Source of the DNA: Alkanindiges illinoisensis DSM 15370
Lineage (GTDB): Bacteria > Pseudomonadota > Gammaproteobacteria > Pseudomonadales > Moraxellaceae
Direction: 5' to 3'
Assembly (NCBI RefSeq): GCF_000619845.1
Contig: NZ_JHUX01000008.1
Span: 30,001-62,000 of the forward strand
DNA: 32,000 nucleotides
The translations under genes were made by a program, and so were the position numbers. Below, in pieces: positions 1-9,365 of this stretch. Positions within the stretch are counted from its first letter, which is position 1, and each line of letters begins with the position of its first letter. The notes under the pieces are model-generated. The model worked only from the letters and a program-made list of their open reading frames with translations. It was not told the DNA's origin and made no database searches.

Positions 1-2665
1 GACTCAGCTCGCTAGCCAAAGAATCGGCAATCTCTTCATCAACTTCAAATACCAGTTCATCATGCACCTGTAGCAGTAACATGGCCTGATCCTTGGGTAA
101 AATATGGTCAACCGCAATCATGGCTTTTTTGATGATATCAGCCGCCGAACCTTGCAGTGGCGCATTAATGGCGGCGCGTTCTGCGCCCTGACGCACCATG
201 GCATTGCGGGCGTTTACATCCGGCGTATACAAACGGCGACCCATGAGCGTTTCTACAAAGCCCTGCTCGGAAGCCAGCTTGCGGGTGCGCTGCATATATT
301 CATACACACCCGGATAACGCGCAAAATACTGGTTAATGTAAGACTGCGATTCCTGCCGGGACAGCTTGAGCTGCTTGGACAAGCCAAACGACGACATACC
401 ATATAGCAAGCCAAAGTTAATAGTTTTGGCCTGACGGCGCTGATCATTGGTCACGTCTTCGAGGGCAATGCCCAGTACCTCGGCAGCAGTGGCCTGGTGA
501 ATATCCAGCCCCTGCTGGAAAGCACGCAGCAAGGCTTCATCCTGTGAAAAATGAGCCATGAGGCGCAGTTCAATTTGGGAATAATCGGCTGCCAGCAGTA
601 CACGGCCTTGTGGTGCAATAAAGGCCTTGCGGATTTGCCGCCCGGTTTGCCCGCGAATAGGAATGTTTTGTAGGTTGGGATCAGTCGAAGACAAGCGCCC
701 GGTGGCTGTTACTGCCTGATGATAGCTGGTGTGTACCCGGTTAGTACCCGGATCGGCCTGTGCAATCAGGCGATCAGTATAGGTGCTTTTTAGCTTGCAC
801 AGGCTGCGGTGTTCCAGCACTGTGGCAGCAATCGGGTGATCAATTTTTTCAAGCACAGCTTCACCCGTGGCATACTGGCCGCTCGCAGTTTTCTTGCCGC
901 CGGCAATACCAATTTTCTCAAACAGGATTTCACCAAGCTGCTTGGGCGAGGACACATTAAACGGCTGGCCTGCCATTTCAATGACTTGCTGTTCCAGTGT
1001 ATCAATTTGTCCGGAAAACTCATCGCCCAGTTTGGCCAGAAACCCGGTATCCAGCTTGATGCCGCAGCGTTCCATGTGGGTTAAAATTTGCGCCACCGGC
1101 AGTTCCAGCTTGAGCAGTAATTGTTCCAGTGCCGGGTCTTCCTTCAGCTTGCGGCGAAATACTTCATACAAGCGGTAAGTCACGTGCGCATCTTCACAGG
1201 CATACGGCGCAGCTTGCTCCAGCGGCACCTGATTAAAGGTGAGCTGCTTAACGCCCTTGCCAGCCACATCTTCAAAGGTGATGGTCATGTGGCTTAAATA
1301 CAGGCGTGCCACATCATCCATGCCATGCCGGGTTGCTGTTGGATTAAGCACATAAGAGGCCAGCATGGTGTCAAACACCCAGCCTTTTAAATTAATGCCG
1401 TGATTTTTAAACACATGCGCATCATATTTTAAATGATGGCCAATCTTGCCAATGGCTGCATTTTCAAAATAGGGCTTAAGCTGATCCAGAATGATTTCAC
1501 GATTTAACTGTTCGGGCGCATCCAGATAATCATGTGCCAGTGGAATATAAAAGGCATCCTGAGCATCAAAGGCAAATGACAGGCCAACAATTTGCGCCTT
1601 GCGATAATCCAGACTGGTGGTTTCGGTATCAATGACAAAATGATCGGCGTTTTGCAGCCGGGCAAAAAAATCATCAAACTGGGCTTGCGTTAAAATGGTG
1701 TGATATTGCGCCGTACCCAGCTTGTCATCACTGCTGCTGCTTTCTGACTGGCTTTCAAAATTCTGGCTAGCCTGCTGCTGGTTAGGTTCAGTCTGGATTG
1801 CCATTCGGTCCGGATTATTCGGATGTTCCAGCGACTGTAGCTGGCTTCTAAATTCCAGCTCGGTATACAGACGGCGCAGTTCTTCCACATTGGGATTGCC
1901 CAGTTTTAGTTCAGTCCAGTCCAGTCCAACCGGCAGGTCACAGATAATGGTGGCGAGCTGGTGATTCAGTGGAATGCTGTCCTGATGGTCACGGATATTC
2001 TGGCCAAGCTTGCCCTTGATGTTATCCAGATTTTGCAGGATGCCATCAATATTCTGATATTCCTGCAACAGCTTGGCTGCGGTTTTGGTGCCCACGCCCG
2101 GAATACCCTGAATACCATCAGAGGCATCGCCCATCAGGGTCAGATAATCCACAATTTGCTGTGGCCAGACGCCAAATTTTTCAAACACGCCCTGCGTATC
2201 CAGCACGCGGTCGCGAAAGCTGTCTTCCAGATTCACACAATCATTCACCAGCTGTGCCATGTCCTTGTCGCCGGTGGAAATCAGCACATGGTGGCCTTGC
2301 TCGCAGGCGCGTTTGGTCAGCGTTCCCATCAGGTCATCCGCTTCAACGCCGGGCAGGGTGAGCAGGGGAATGCCCAGTGCACGGATCACCGCATGCAAAT
2401 AGGGAATTTGTTCTGCCAGCTCAGAAGGCATTGGCGGGCGATTACCCTTATAAGTACTGGACAGTTTATGGCGAAACGTCGGTTCCGGGGTATCAAAAAC
2501 CACGGCCATGTGCGTGGGTTGCAGGCGGCGCATCAGTTTTTGCAGGGCAGACAATGCACCGCGCACGGCATTGGTAGTGAGTCCGGTAGAGGTGGTTAAC
2601 GGTGGCAATGCATGAAATGCCCGAAACAGGTAATACGAACCATCAACCAGTACAAAAGGGGGCAT
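1..2665 (-). CDS. polA: DNA polymerase I (C-terminal end lies beyond the left window edge)
   Basis: Absent from the ORF track because there is no stop codon inside the window. Reverse-complement translation from ATG (2665-2663) gives MPPFVLVDGSYYLFRAFHALPPLTTSTG, a 5'-nuclease N-terminus. At the left edge the same frame reads ...AMLLLQVHDELVFEVDEEIADSLASELS, the family-A polymerase QVHDE motif region. The frame is continuous over codons 2665..2. The three minus-strand track ORFs in this span are in a different frame. In-frame ATGs at 2680 and 2677 are alternative starts. Confidence 0.95.
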   Translation of the reverse strand, partial: MPPFVLVDGSYYLFRAFHALPPLTTSTGLTTNAVRGALSALQKLMRRLQPTHMAVVFDTPEPTFRHKLSSTYKGNRPPMPSELAEQIPYLHAVIRALGIPLLTLPGVEADDLMGTLTKRACEQGHHVLISTGDKDMAQLVNDCVNLEDSFRDRVLDTQGVFEKFGVWPQQIVDYLTLMGDASDGIQGIPGVGTKTAAKLLQEYQNIDGILQNLDNIKGKLGQNIRDHQDSIPLNHQLATIICDLPVGLDWTELKLGNPNVEELRRLYTELEFRSQLQSLEHPNNPDRMAIQTEPNQQQASQNFESQSESSSSDDKLGTAQYHTILTQAQFDDFFARLQNADHFVIDTETTSLDYRKAQIVGLSFAFDAQDAFYIPLAHDYLDAPEQLNREIILDQLKPYFENAAIGKIGHHLKYDAHVFKNHGINLKGWVFDTMLASYVLNPTATRHGMDDVARLYLSHMTITFEDVAGKGVKQLTFNQVPLEQAAPYACEDAHVTYRLYEVFRRKLKEDPALEQLLLKLELPVAQILTHMERCGIKLDTGFLAKLGDEFSGQIDTLEQQVIEMAGQPFNVSSPKQLGEILFEKIGIAGGKKTASGQYATGEAVLEKIDHPIAATVLEHRSLCKLKSTYTDRLIAQADPGTNRVHTSYHQAVTATGRLSSTDPNLQNIPIRGQTGRQIRKAFIAPQGRVLLAADYSQIELRLMAHFSQDEALLRAFQQGLDIHQATAAEVLGIALEDVTNDQRRQAKTINFGLLYGMSSFGLSKQLKLSRQESQSYINQYFARYPGVYEYMQRTRKLASEQGFVETLMGRRLYTPDVNARNAMVRQGAERAAINAPLQGSAADIIKKAMIAVDHILPKDQAMLLLQVHDELVFEVDEEIADSLASELS

Positions 2666-3203
2666 GTCATCTTTCATCATGTAAAGTAACCATTTTTTAA
2701 AAAGTAGAATTAAATTCTGGCGGGCAGGATGCGCATCAACACATTGGTTTTGTTCCAGCCGGACCTATGCAGAATAACATGAAAAAACCTGAAAATAAGT
2801 GCCACACCAGTACTACATCAGCGTGGAGACATACTGGCAAAGAACGATATTTTTAACCATCTGCCACAGTACTGATGCCAGAAATTCAGGCACAATCAGG
2901 CAAAAAACCGCATAGAAAAAAGCAGGATTAAAGTCTTGAGTATGGCTATTAATATGGAGCAAAAAACGCAAATTTCAACCCGGATTTCACGCCTGTTACC
3001 GTGGTGAACATGGCTTTTGCCAATCATTTATTTTCAGGGTTTAAACAGATAAGTGTGAGGTGAAAGCAGTGATCACCACCTAAAAACCTGGCAGGAAAAA
3101 TAAGAATTTTACCGTTTGCTTCATTTAGCCTTTACATAAACTAAATTTTTAATATATTGCATTGCGGTACGATGAAAAATAAGTAAAACAAGGATAATGT
3201 TCG

Positions 3204-6041
3204 ATGTTTCATTTGTCGTTTTGGGCCATTGTGGTGTTTTTGCTGCCACTGGCCTTGGCTATTGTGGCACTGGTGACCAGCCTAAGAACCCAGCGTCAAC
3301 TGGAACAGGACGTTAGCCGACTGGAACAACTGTTAAAAACCACCATTCAGCAGTCGCAAGCTTATCAACAAGCTTCTGGGCAAACCACAGCTACATCGGC
3401 TCAGGTAGCGGCTCAAGCAGATTCTAGCCAGCAAGTTTTGGCTCATCAATCATCAATAACCGATGACATTCCCGTCACAGCGCATTCACTGGAAAGTCAG
3501 GTGCCTCTTGAACCTGCTGCTACAGCACAAGCTAGTTCCATTGACGAGGATTTAATAGATTCAGCGCCAACAGGGCAAATCGCAAATCCTGCCAAAGCCG
3601 CATGGCCGCAAGCTACTACTTCACCTACGCGCCCACAATTGCTGGAACCGGATGAACAATCCCTGAGTGTGGTGACTTCCATCTGGCATTCCTTTTTGCA
3701 ATGGTTTAAAGGCGGTAATGCGATTGTACGGATTGGGGTGATTGTGCTGCTGGTTGGCGTAATTTTACTGCTGCGACTGGCCAATGACCTGCTGACGATT
3801 CCGATTGAAGTGCGACTCGGCGCAGTGGCGATTGGTGGCGTTGCACTGACCCTGATTGGCCTAAAGCTACGGCAAAACCGGCGCAGCTATGCGATTAGCA
3901 TTCAGGGCGCTGGCCTTGCCATAGTGTACTTTACCCTGTTTGCTGCGTTTCGCCTGTATGAGGTGTTACCGGCCAGCCTGACGTTTGGCCTGCTGGCAAT
4001 TCTGGCAATCGTTAGTGCAGCACTGGCCCTGATGCAAAATGCCTTGCCCTTAGCCTTGCTGGCCTTTGGTGGCGGTTTTTTGGCGCCACTACTGACTTCT
4101 ACCGGAAGCAATAATCTGGTGGGGCTGTTTAGCTATTATTTAATTCTCAATCTGGCACTGGCCTGGATGGCACATTATAAAACATGGAAGGTCTTAAACG
4201 TGCTGGGGGCTGGCATGACCTTTGGCATGGCGGGCTATCTGGGCTGGAATAGCTATGAAGACAGCATGCGCTGGCCATTGGAAGGCTTGCTGCTGGCGCA
4301 TCTGGCACTGTATTTGTTTATTGTGGTGCGTTATAGCCAGCAACTGGCAACCGTGCCAGCCGATGAGTCGGTACGTGTTGCCCCAGTCGATAGCAGCCTG
4401 CTATTTGGTGTGCCACTGATGGGTTTTGCCCTGCAAGCTGGCCTGCTGCATGACATTCCCTATGCACTGGCGCTGAGTAGTGCCGTGTTATCTGAATTAT
4501 ATCTGGCGTTGGGTTACAAGCTGTTTTACCAGAACCGGAAACTGGTGCTGTTGACCGAAGGTGTATTGGCGCTGGGCATTGGCTTTATGGCACTGGTGAT
4601 TCCATTGGCACTGGATGCGCAGTGGACCGCAGTGGGCTGGTCGGTTCAGGGGGCTGCACTGGTGTGGCTGGGCAAGCGGCAAAACCGCATCTGGTCAATC
4701 CGCTTTGGCGTGTTACTGGAAGTCTTAAGCACACTGGCGCTGTTGTGGTTGTCGTTTGATGGCAAGGAACTGCTGTTGCCACTGGTGGTGTATAGCGTGT
4801 GCCTGTTTATTTGTGCCTTGCTAGTGCGTAAGCAGAATCATCAAGGGGTAAATCTGCTATTAAATCTCTTTCAACCTGCCTTTTTAATATTGGCATGGGC
4901 ATTTGCGGCCAGTCAGGTCATGCTGCGTGAGCTGGAACAATGGAGTATGGGGCATCAGGTTTACTGGCCTTTGCACCACTTGCAATTTAGTTTGTATCCA
5001 CTGATTTTTATATTTATAACAATGTTGGCCAGCTGGCGTTTTTACTGGCCGCAGCTTAGCTTGTTAATCCGGCTGATTCTGGCTGCACTCACCCTGCATG
5101 CTGCTGTCATCTGGCTTGACTATGGGCATTTGCTGGTGCATCGACCACTTCTGCTACTAACCATTTTTAGCTATGCAGCCTTTGGCCTATTGGCAATTCA
5201 GCGACTTTCCCGACAGTTAATTTATGCCAATACCCTGCAAGAAGCAGCGTCTTCTACCCAGCAGCATAGCCTGTCCAGCCGTGTTGAGCAGGCCATCTGG
5301 GCAATGGGCTTATTGATCTATAGCAGTGTGCTGTTACAGGTGTACTGGATCAAACAGCCGATGATTGCCATGATTATTTTGCCACTGGGTCTCATCAGTG
5401 CTTTATTACTGGTTAAAAAACCATTGTTGCTCATTCAGCGCCACACGCTGCTGCATGATTTAAGTGTTCCGGTGAGTGTGGCGCTATTTGGCTGGATGAT
5501 GGCTGCCAATTGGCTGTCTAGCGGGCAAATAGGTGGTTTGCCGTATATCCCCGTGCTGAATGTGCTGGACATTTGCCTGATTGGTGCTGGATTAGTGATT
5601 TACCGTTTAATGATGGATTTGCCACCAGTATTGATAAAAGTGGCACAGGCTGGATTGGGTATTGCTGCATTTTTTAGCTTAACCAGCCTGATTATTCGCA
5701 CCCTGCATCAATGGGCAGGTACACCACTGTGGGAAAATGGCGCATGGCAGGTTGATCTGGTGCAAACCAGCCTGACCATTATCTGGACTTTATGCGCCCT
5801 GATACTAACAGGTTTGGCCAGTCGCTATGGCTGGCGGCAGGTATGGCTGGCGGGCATTGCCTTGCTGGCAGTCGTGGTGATTAAGCTGTTGCTGGTGGAT
5901 TTATCCAATGTGGCCGCCATTGCACGTATTGTGTCTTTTATTGGCGCAGGCTTGATTATGCTGCTGATTGGTTATATTGCGCCTTTACCGCCTGTAAAAA
6001 TAGCCGAAATTCCACCATCTTCACCTGAATCCAGGGAATAG
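3204..6041 (+). CDS. Very large polytopic inner-membrane protein (945 aa), DUF2339-like
   Basis: The N-terminus has a TM helix (FWAIVVFLLPLALAIVALV). It is followed by a coiled-coil-like LRTQRQLEQDVSRLEQLLKTTIQQ and then a Q/A/S/T-rich low-complexity linker of about 120 aa. More than 20 hydrophobic helices follow, starting at GGNAIVRIGVIVLLVGVILLL. The DUF2339 name is recalled from this architecture, not searched. Confidence 0.8.
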   Translation: MFHLSFWAIVVFLLPLALAIVALVTSLRTQRQLEQDVSRLEQLLKTTIQQSQAYQQASGQTTATSAQVAAQADSSQQVLAHQSSITDDIPVTAHSLESQVPLEPAATAQASSIDEDLIDSAPTGQIANPAKAAWPQATTSPTRPQLLEPDEQSLSVVTSIWHSFLQWFKGGNAIVRIGVIVLLVGVILLLRLANDLLTIPIEVRLGAVAIGGVALTLIGLKLRQNRRSYAISIQGAGLAIVYFTLFAAFRLYEVLPASLTFGLLAILAIVSAALALMQNALPLALLAFGGGFLAPLLTSTGSNNLVGLFSYYLILNLALAWMAHYKTWKVLNVLGAGMTFGMAGYLGWNSYEDSMRWPLEGLLLAHLALYLFIVVRYSQQLATVPADESVRVAPVDSSLLFGVPLMGFALQAGLLHDIPYALALSSAVLSELYLALGYKLFYQNRKLVLLTEGVLALGIGFMALVIPLALDAQWTAVGWSVQGAALVWLGKRQNRIWSIRFGVLLEVLSTLALLWLSFDGKELLLPLVVYSVCLFICALLVRKQNHQGVNLLLNLFQPAFLILAWAFAASQVMLRELEQWSMGHQVYWPLHHLQFSLYPLIFIFITMLASWRFYWPQLSLLIRLILAALTLHAAVIWLDYGHLLVHRPLLLLTIFSYAAFGLLAIQRLSRQLIYANTLQEAASSTQQHSLSSRVEQAIWAMGLLIYSSVLLQVYWIKQPMIAMIILPLGLISALLLVKKPLLLIQRHTLLHDLSVPVSVALFGWMMAANWLSSGQIGGLPYIPVLNVLDICLIGAGLVIYRLMMDLPPVLIKVAQAGLGIAAFFSLTSLIIRTLHQWAGTPLWENGAWQVDLVQTSLTIIWTLCALILTGLASRYGWRQVWLAGIALLAVVVIKLLLVDLSNVAAIARIVSFIGAGLIMLLIGYIAPLPPVKIAEIPPSSPESRE

Positions 6042-6053
6042 GCAGGGCCAGAT

Positions 6054-7379
6054 ATGACTTTCAAACTGATTATTACTGCTGGCCTCTGGAGCTGGCTGAT
6101 CACTGCCCATGCGGCAACGAGTCAGCTCAGCACGCCAATTGTTGAAAAAAACCTGCAAGGCGTGCAGCAGCTTGAGCTGAATCTGGCCAATATTGCAGCC
6201 TATCTGGAACAGCCCCGGCAATTATCGGTGATAGATGCCAACCGGCAGGTCATGCCCATGCGCATGATGCAACCCGTGCTTAAGCCCCAAAAAACCAGTT
6301 TTCCTTTGCAGGTATATCGTTGGCCGGCACAAGCAGTATTTAATAATCCTGCGGCCTTAAACCAGCTTCAGCTTCAATTAAAGCAGGGTGAGCAGCAGGC
6401 TGTGGTGACCTGGCCGGGCCAGCCGGATCTAAACCTGACTCAGGCTGGCATAGATCAAAGCTGGCTACTGGCTGCACCGCAATTGCCAGAACAGCCTGCT
6501 GGTCAGATACGCGCCGAAGCTTTGCTATTGAGCTGGAACAATAATGATTTTTCCAGCCAGGTGCAGGTAGAGGGCAGCGATAATCTGGTGGACTGGCAAT
6601 TTGCTGGCCTGGGGCAGGTGCTGCAAACGCACGATGCCAAAGGTCAGAAATTGCTACAGCAGCGGGTCGACATCCGGCAGTATTATCAATTCTGGCGGTT
6701 GCGCTTTGATCAGCCGCTGGCGCTACAGCAGGTTCAGCTTCAGGCCAGCTTGCCTGCCATGCCAGCATGGCAGCAGCAGGAACTCCAGTTTCAAAAAACC
6801 AGTGAACCTTCACTCCATGAATCATCACCACAATGGCAGCTTCAGTTACCGTATCCGATTGCCATTCAGAAAATGCAATTTGATGTGCCTGCCAATCAGC
6901 TATGGCAGGTAAGGGTAATGGCCAGATTGCCACAGCAGGGCCGTGAGATTTGGCAGCAAGTAGGACAGGCTGGGCTGTATCGTAACAAGCAAGGTAGCAG
7001 TACCGAAAATCAAGTAAACCAGATTGAGTTTAACCAGCCAGTAATGGCACGTGAATGGCGGGTGCAAATTGAAGCCCCGGTGAATCTATCCCGCTTGCCG
7101 GTACAGGTTTTTGCCCCCAAAACCGTGCTGTATTTTCTGGCACAGGGCACCGCGCCTTACCAACTGGTGTCTAACCCGCAGGCCAGCCGCGTACCACCCC
7201 GGTTGCCTGAAAAGCTTAATCCCGTGGGCAAGGTGCATCTGGGTAATACCATTGTAATAGTAAAGCCGGTTTCCACCCGGCAATATGGCTTGTGGGTAGG
7301 ACTCATCCTGCTGGTAGGGGTGCTGGCAGTGGCTGCATGGCGCTTATACAAAACCATGCAACAGCCGGGGAATTCCTGA
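6054..7379 (+). CDS. Secreted, C-terminally membrane-anchored protein (441 aa), DUF3999-like partner of the upstream gene
   Basis: The start lies 12 nt after the upstream stop. The protein has an N-terminal signal peptide (LIITAGLWSWLITAHA-ATSQ), a Q-rich soluble body and a single C-terminal TM helix (YGLWVGLILLVGVLAVAAWRLY). The family name is recalled from the conserved pairing with DUF2339 genes. Confidence 0.7.
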   Translation: MTFKLIITAGLWSWLITAHAATSQLSTPIVEKNLQGVQQLELNLANIAAYLEQPRQLSVIDANRQVMPMRMMQPVLKPQKTSFPLQVYRWPAQAVFNNPAALNQLQLQLKQGEQQAVVTWPGQPDLNLTQAGIDQSWLLAAPQLPEQPAGQIRAEALLLSWNNNDFSSQVQVEGSDNLVDWQFAGLGQVLQTHDAKGQKLLQQRVDIRQYYQFWRLRFDQPLALQQVQLQASLPAMPAWQQQELQFQKTSEPSLHESSPQWQLQLPYPIAIQKMQFDVPANQLWQVRVMARLPQQGREIWQQVGQAGLYRNKQGSSTENQVNQIEFNQPVMAREWRVQIEAPVNLSRLPVQVFAPKTVLYFLAQGTAPYQLVSNPQASRVPPRLPEKLNPVGKVHLGNTIVIVKPVSTRQYGLWVGLILLVGVLAVAAWRLYKTMQQPGNS

Positions 7380-7402
7380 TCAAGAATAGCCGCTTGGACT
7401 CA

Positions 7403-8344
7403 TTAGCGTCGGGGTGTGGGACCAAGTGGCGGGTTATTCATAGACTGGGCGTTAAGATTAGGGCCTTGCAGATTGTCTGCCAGCATGACAGTGTCCGGGT
7501 CACTCAAGCCCTGATGCAAATCAATTTTCGGCACCGGAATTTCAATATGATTACGGATAAAGTCATCCTTAATCATTTCCTGAATTTCATCGCGCACGGT
7601 TAAAAAATTTTCACGCCGGGTCCAGACTGCAAACATCAGCTCAATGGTGGATTCACGAAAGGCAGTGACGGTAACGCGTGGCTTGGGTTCATCCATGACC
7701 AGCGGATATTCACTGGCCAGATTCAAGAGCACCTGCCGTACCTTGCTCATGTCTTCCTGAAAGGCAATAGCCAGTGTAATAGGAATGCGCCGAATTGGAA
7801 AACGTGACAAGTTTTGTACCGGGGTGCGAATCAATTGCTCATTAGGCACCCGGATAAAAATATTGTCCACCGTGCGCAACTTGATGGATAGCAGGTCAAT
7901 GGAAATCACTTCGCCTTCAATCACATAACCACGAATCAGGGTCATTTGAATCAAGTCACCTACTTCAAACGAACCTTCACCAATCAGGAATAGACCGCTA
8001 ATCAGGTTGGAAGCTGAAGTTTGTGAGGCAAAACCAAATGCCACGGTTAAAATACCGGCTGCTCCCAAAAACACACTGAGCTTGAAACCTGCTTCACGCA
8101 GGCTGGTAATCAGGAACAGCATAAAAATGAAATAAAAAATTCCGCGTCGCCAGACCAGCCGCTGATGGGCATTAAAGCGAAAGCCAATAGTGCGGATAAA
8201 GGCATTGCTCATCAAGCGCGCCACAAAAAAACCCAGCGTCAGCATCACCAGTGCGACCAGAATATCTTCCAGACGATCGGTTTTAATTCCGCTCACCATG
8301 CCAGTAAAGGTACTTTTGAGTTGTTCTGTAATATCCAGCGCCAT
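7403..8344 (-). CDS. Mechanosensitive ion channel family protein (MscS family)
   Basis: Three N-terminal TM helices are followed by an MscS-type pore helix and beta domain: GAAGILTVAFGFASQTSASNLISGLFLIGEGSFEVGDLI...EGEVISIDLLSIKLRTVDNIFIRVPNEQL. Confidence 0.85.
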   Translation of the reverse strand: MALDITEQLKSTFTGMVSGIKTDRLEDILVALVMLTLGFFVARLMSNAFIRTIGFRFNAHQRLVWRRGIFYFIFMLFLITSLREAGFKLSVFLGAAGILTVAFGFASQTSASNLISGLFLIGEGSFEVGDLIQMTLIRGYVIEGEVISIDLLSIKLRTVDNIFIRVPNEQLIRTPVQNLSRFPIRRIPITLAIAFQEDMSKVRQVLLNLASEYPLVMDEPKPRVTVTAFRESTIELMFAVWTRRENFLTVRDEIQEMIKDDFIRNHIEIPVPKIDLHQGLSDPDTVMLADNLQGPNLNAQSMNNPPLGPTPRR

Positions 8345-8437
8345 TCATTCAATCCAGTGACCAAGGTGGTAATCAGTTCAACAATAGGGTTAGTGCAAAG
8401 TCCACTATTTAAAAAACTATAATAAAACAGGCTAATA

Positions 8438-9271
8438 CTAAAAAAAGCTGTCAAACATATGAAACAAGCCACCTTCACCAATCCGTGGTGGCTGAATAAA
8501 AGCCACCTGACCCGCCTGCGGGGGTGTACGATTTTCAATTCGGATGCGTGGAGGACGGTTGGGTGTGTCCTGTACTACCCGGATTTGTGACGTCCAGATG
8601 CGGCCGCTATCACTACAGTGAAACAGAGGCAAGGCCTGTACAGGCAGGTTCATGCGATCCAGTTGTAATAGCGTGCTGCTGGTATTGTGGAAATGCACGG
8701 GTGTTACCGCCCGAAAAGCACGTGGTACTAACTGCTTTAAGTCAGTACGGCCTTCCACCGGTGTGGCATAGCACAACTCGCCTTTAATGGTATCGGGGCC
8801 AAACCAGGAATCCTTGGGCCGGTTAATGGCAATATCAAATAGCGGTTCACGCTGGCCGCCGACAAAACCCGCCATCCAGAGTGGGGTACTGACAAACAGC
8901 GTGCCTTGCTGGCCTGCCGGAATAAAAATGGGATTAATAGGCTTTACAATCACCGAGCGATCAGCCAGCCGGGGATACAGCGATAGCGAATCACCGGTAT
9001 GCGCAAACATATAGCGTTCCAGTACGGTTGGCTCGCTAAAGGCTGTATCAATATCCAGTATTTCCCAGTCCTGCATGTTTTCATTCTGATGGCGTGGACG
9101 GTGATACTCCAGTTGCCATTCATTAATATTGCGGCTAATGCGCACATACAGCGAACCCAGCCGCCATGCCCGGGACTGACCCACCATAAAGCTCAACGGC
9201 CCCCACCAGGGTGCTAGGGGGGAGTGTTCATGGGAAGCATGCTGTAGCAGCGTATCAGGGATCAAAGTCAT
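8438..9271 (-). CDS. Conserved hypothetical soluble protein (277 aa)
   Basis: This is a long ORF co-oriented with and 93 nt upstream of the MscS-family gene. It has no TM segment or signal peptide, is Trp/Pro-rich, and carries no motif I can assign to a family. Confidence 0.6.
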   Translation of the reverse strand: MTLIPDTLLQHASHEHSPLAPWWGPLSFMVGQSRAWRLGSLYVRISRNINEWQLEYHRPRHQNENMQDWEILDIDTAFSEPTVLERYMFAHTGDSLSLYPRLADRSVIVKPINPIFIPAGQQGTLFVSTPLWMAGFVGGQREPLFDIAINRPKDSWFGPDTIKGELCYATPVEGRTDLKQLVPRAFRAVTPVHFHNTSSTLLQLDRMNLPVQALPLFHCSDSGRIWTSQIRVVQDTPNRPPRIRIENRTPPQAGQVAFIQPPRIGEGGLFHMFDSFF

Positions 9272-9365
9272 GGCCTGTATTGCAAAAATCCGGGTTTGGT
9301 AAAGGCGTTAAAAGATAGCTGAAGAAATCGGACAATAAAAGAATAGTGGCGCTTTAATCAGCCAG

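Noticed and set aside
104-2599. Several plus-strand track ORFs (104..406, 760..1178, 1722..1964, 1961..2599 and others), up to 212 aa
   Set aside because: All lie antisense to the continuous polA reading frame on the minus strand. Their translations are low-complexity, carry no recognisable motifs, and are shadow ORFs.
2835-3103. TGGCA motifs (2835-2839 and 3089-3093) considered as sigma-54 -24 elements upstream of the DUF2339-like gene
   Set aside because: The GG-N10-GC spacing fails in both cases: the dinucleotide at the -12 position is TA in one and AA in the other. No TTGC element is present.
2666-3203. A 538-bp ORF-poor divergent region between polA and the DUF2339-like gene, scanned for tRNA, sRNA or terminators
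   Set aside because: It contains only short weak dyads (for example ggtga...tcacc near 3060-3080) with no U-runs, and a 25-codon ORF with no SD. Nothing there is supportable.
6340-6933. A 197-aa minus-strand ORF inside the DUF3999-like gene
   Set aside because: It is antisense to a Gln/Leu-rich (CAG/CTG) coding region, which naturally stays open on the opposite strand. It has no SD and no motifs.
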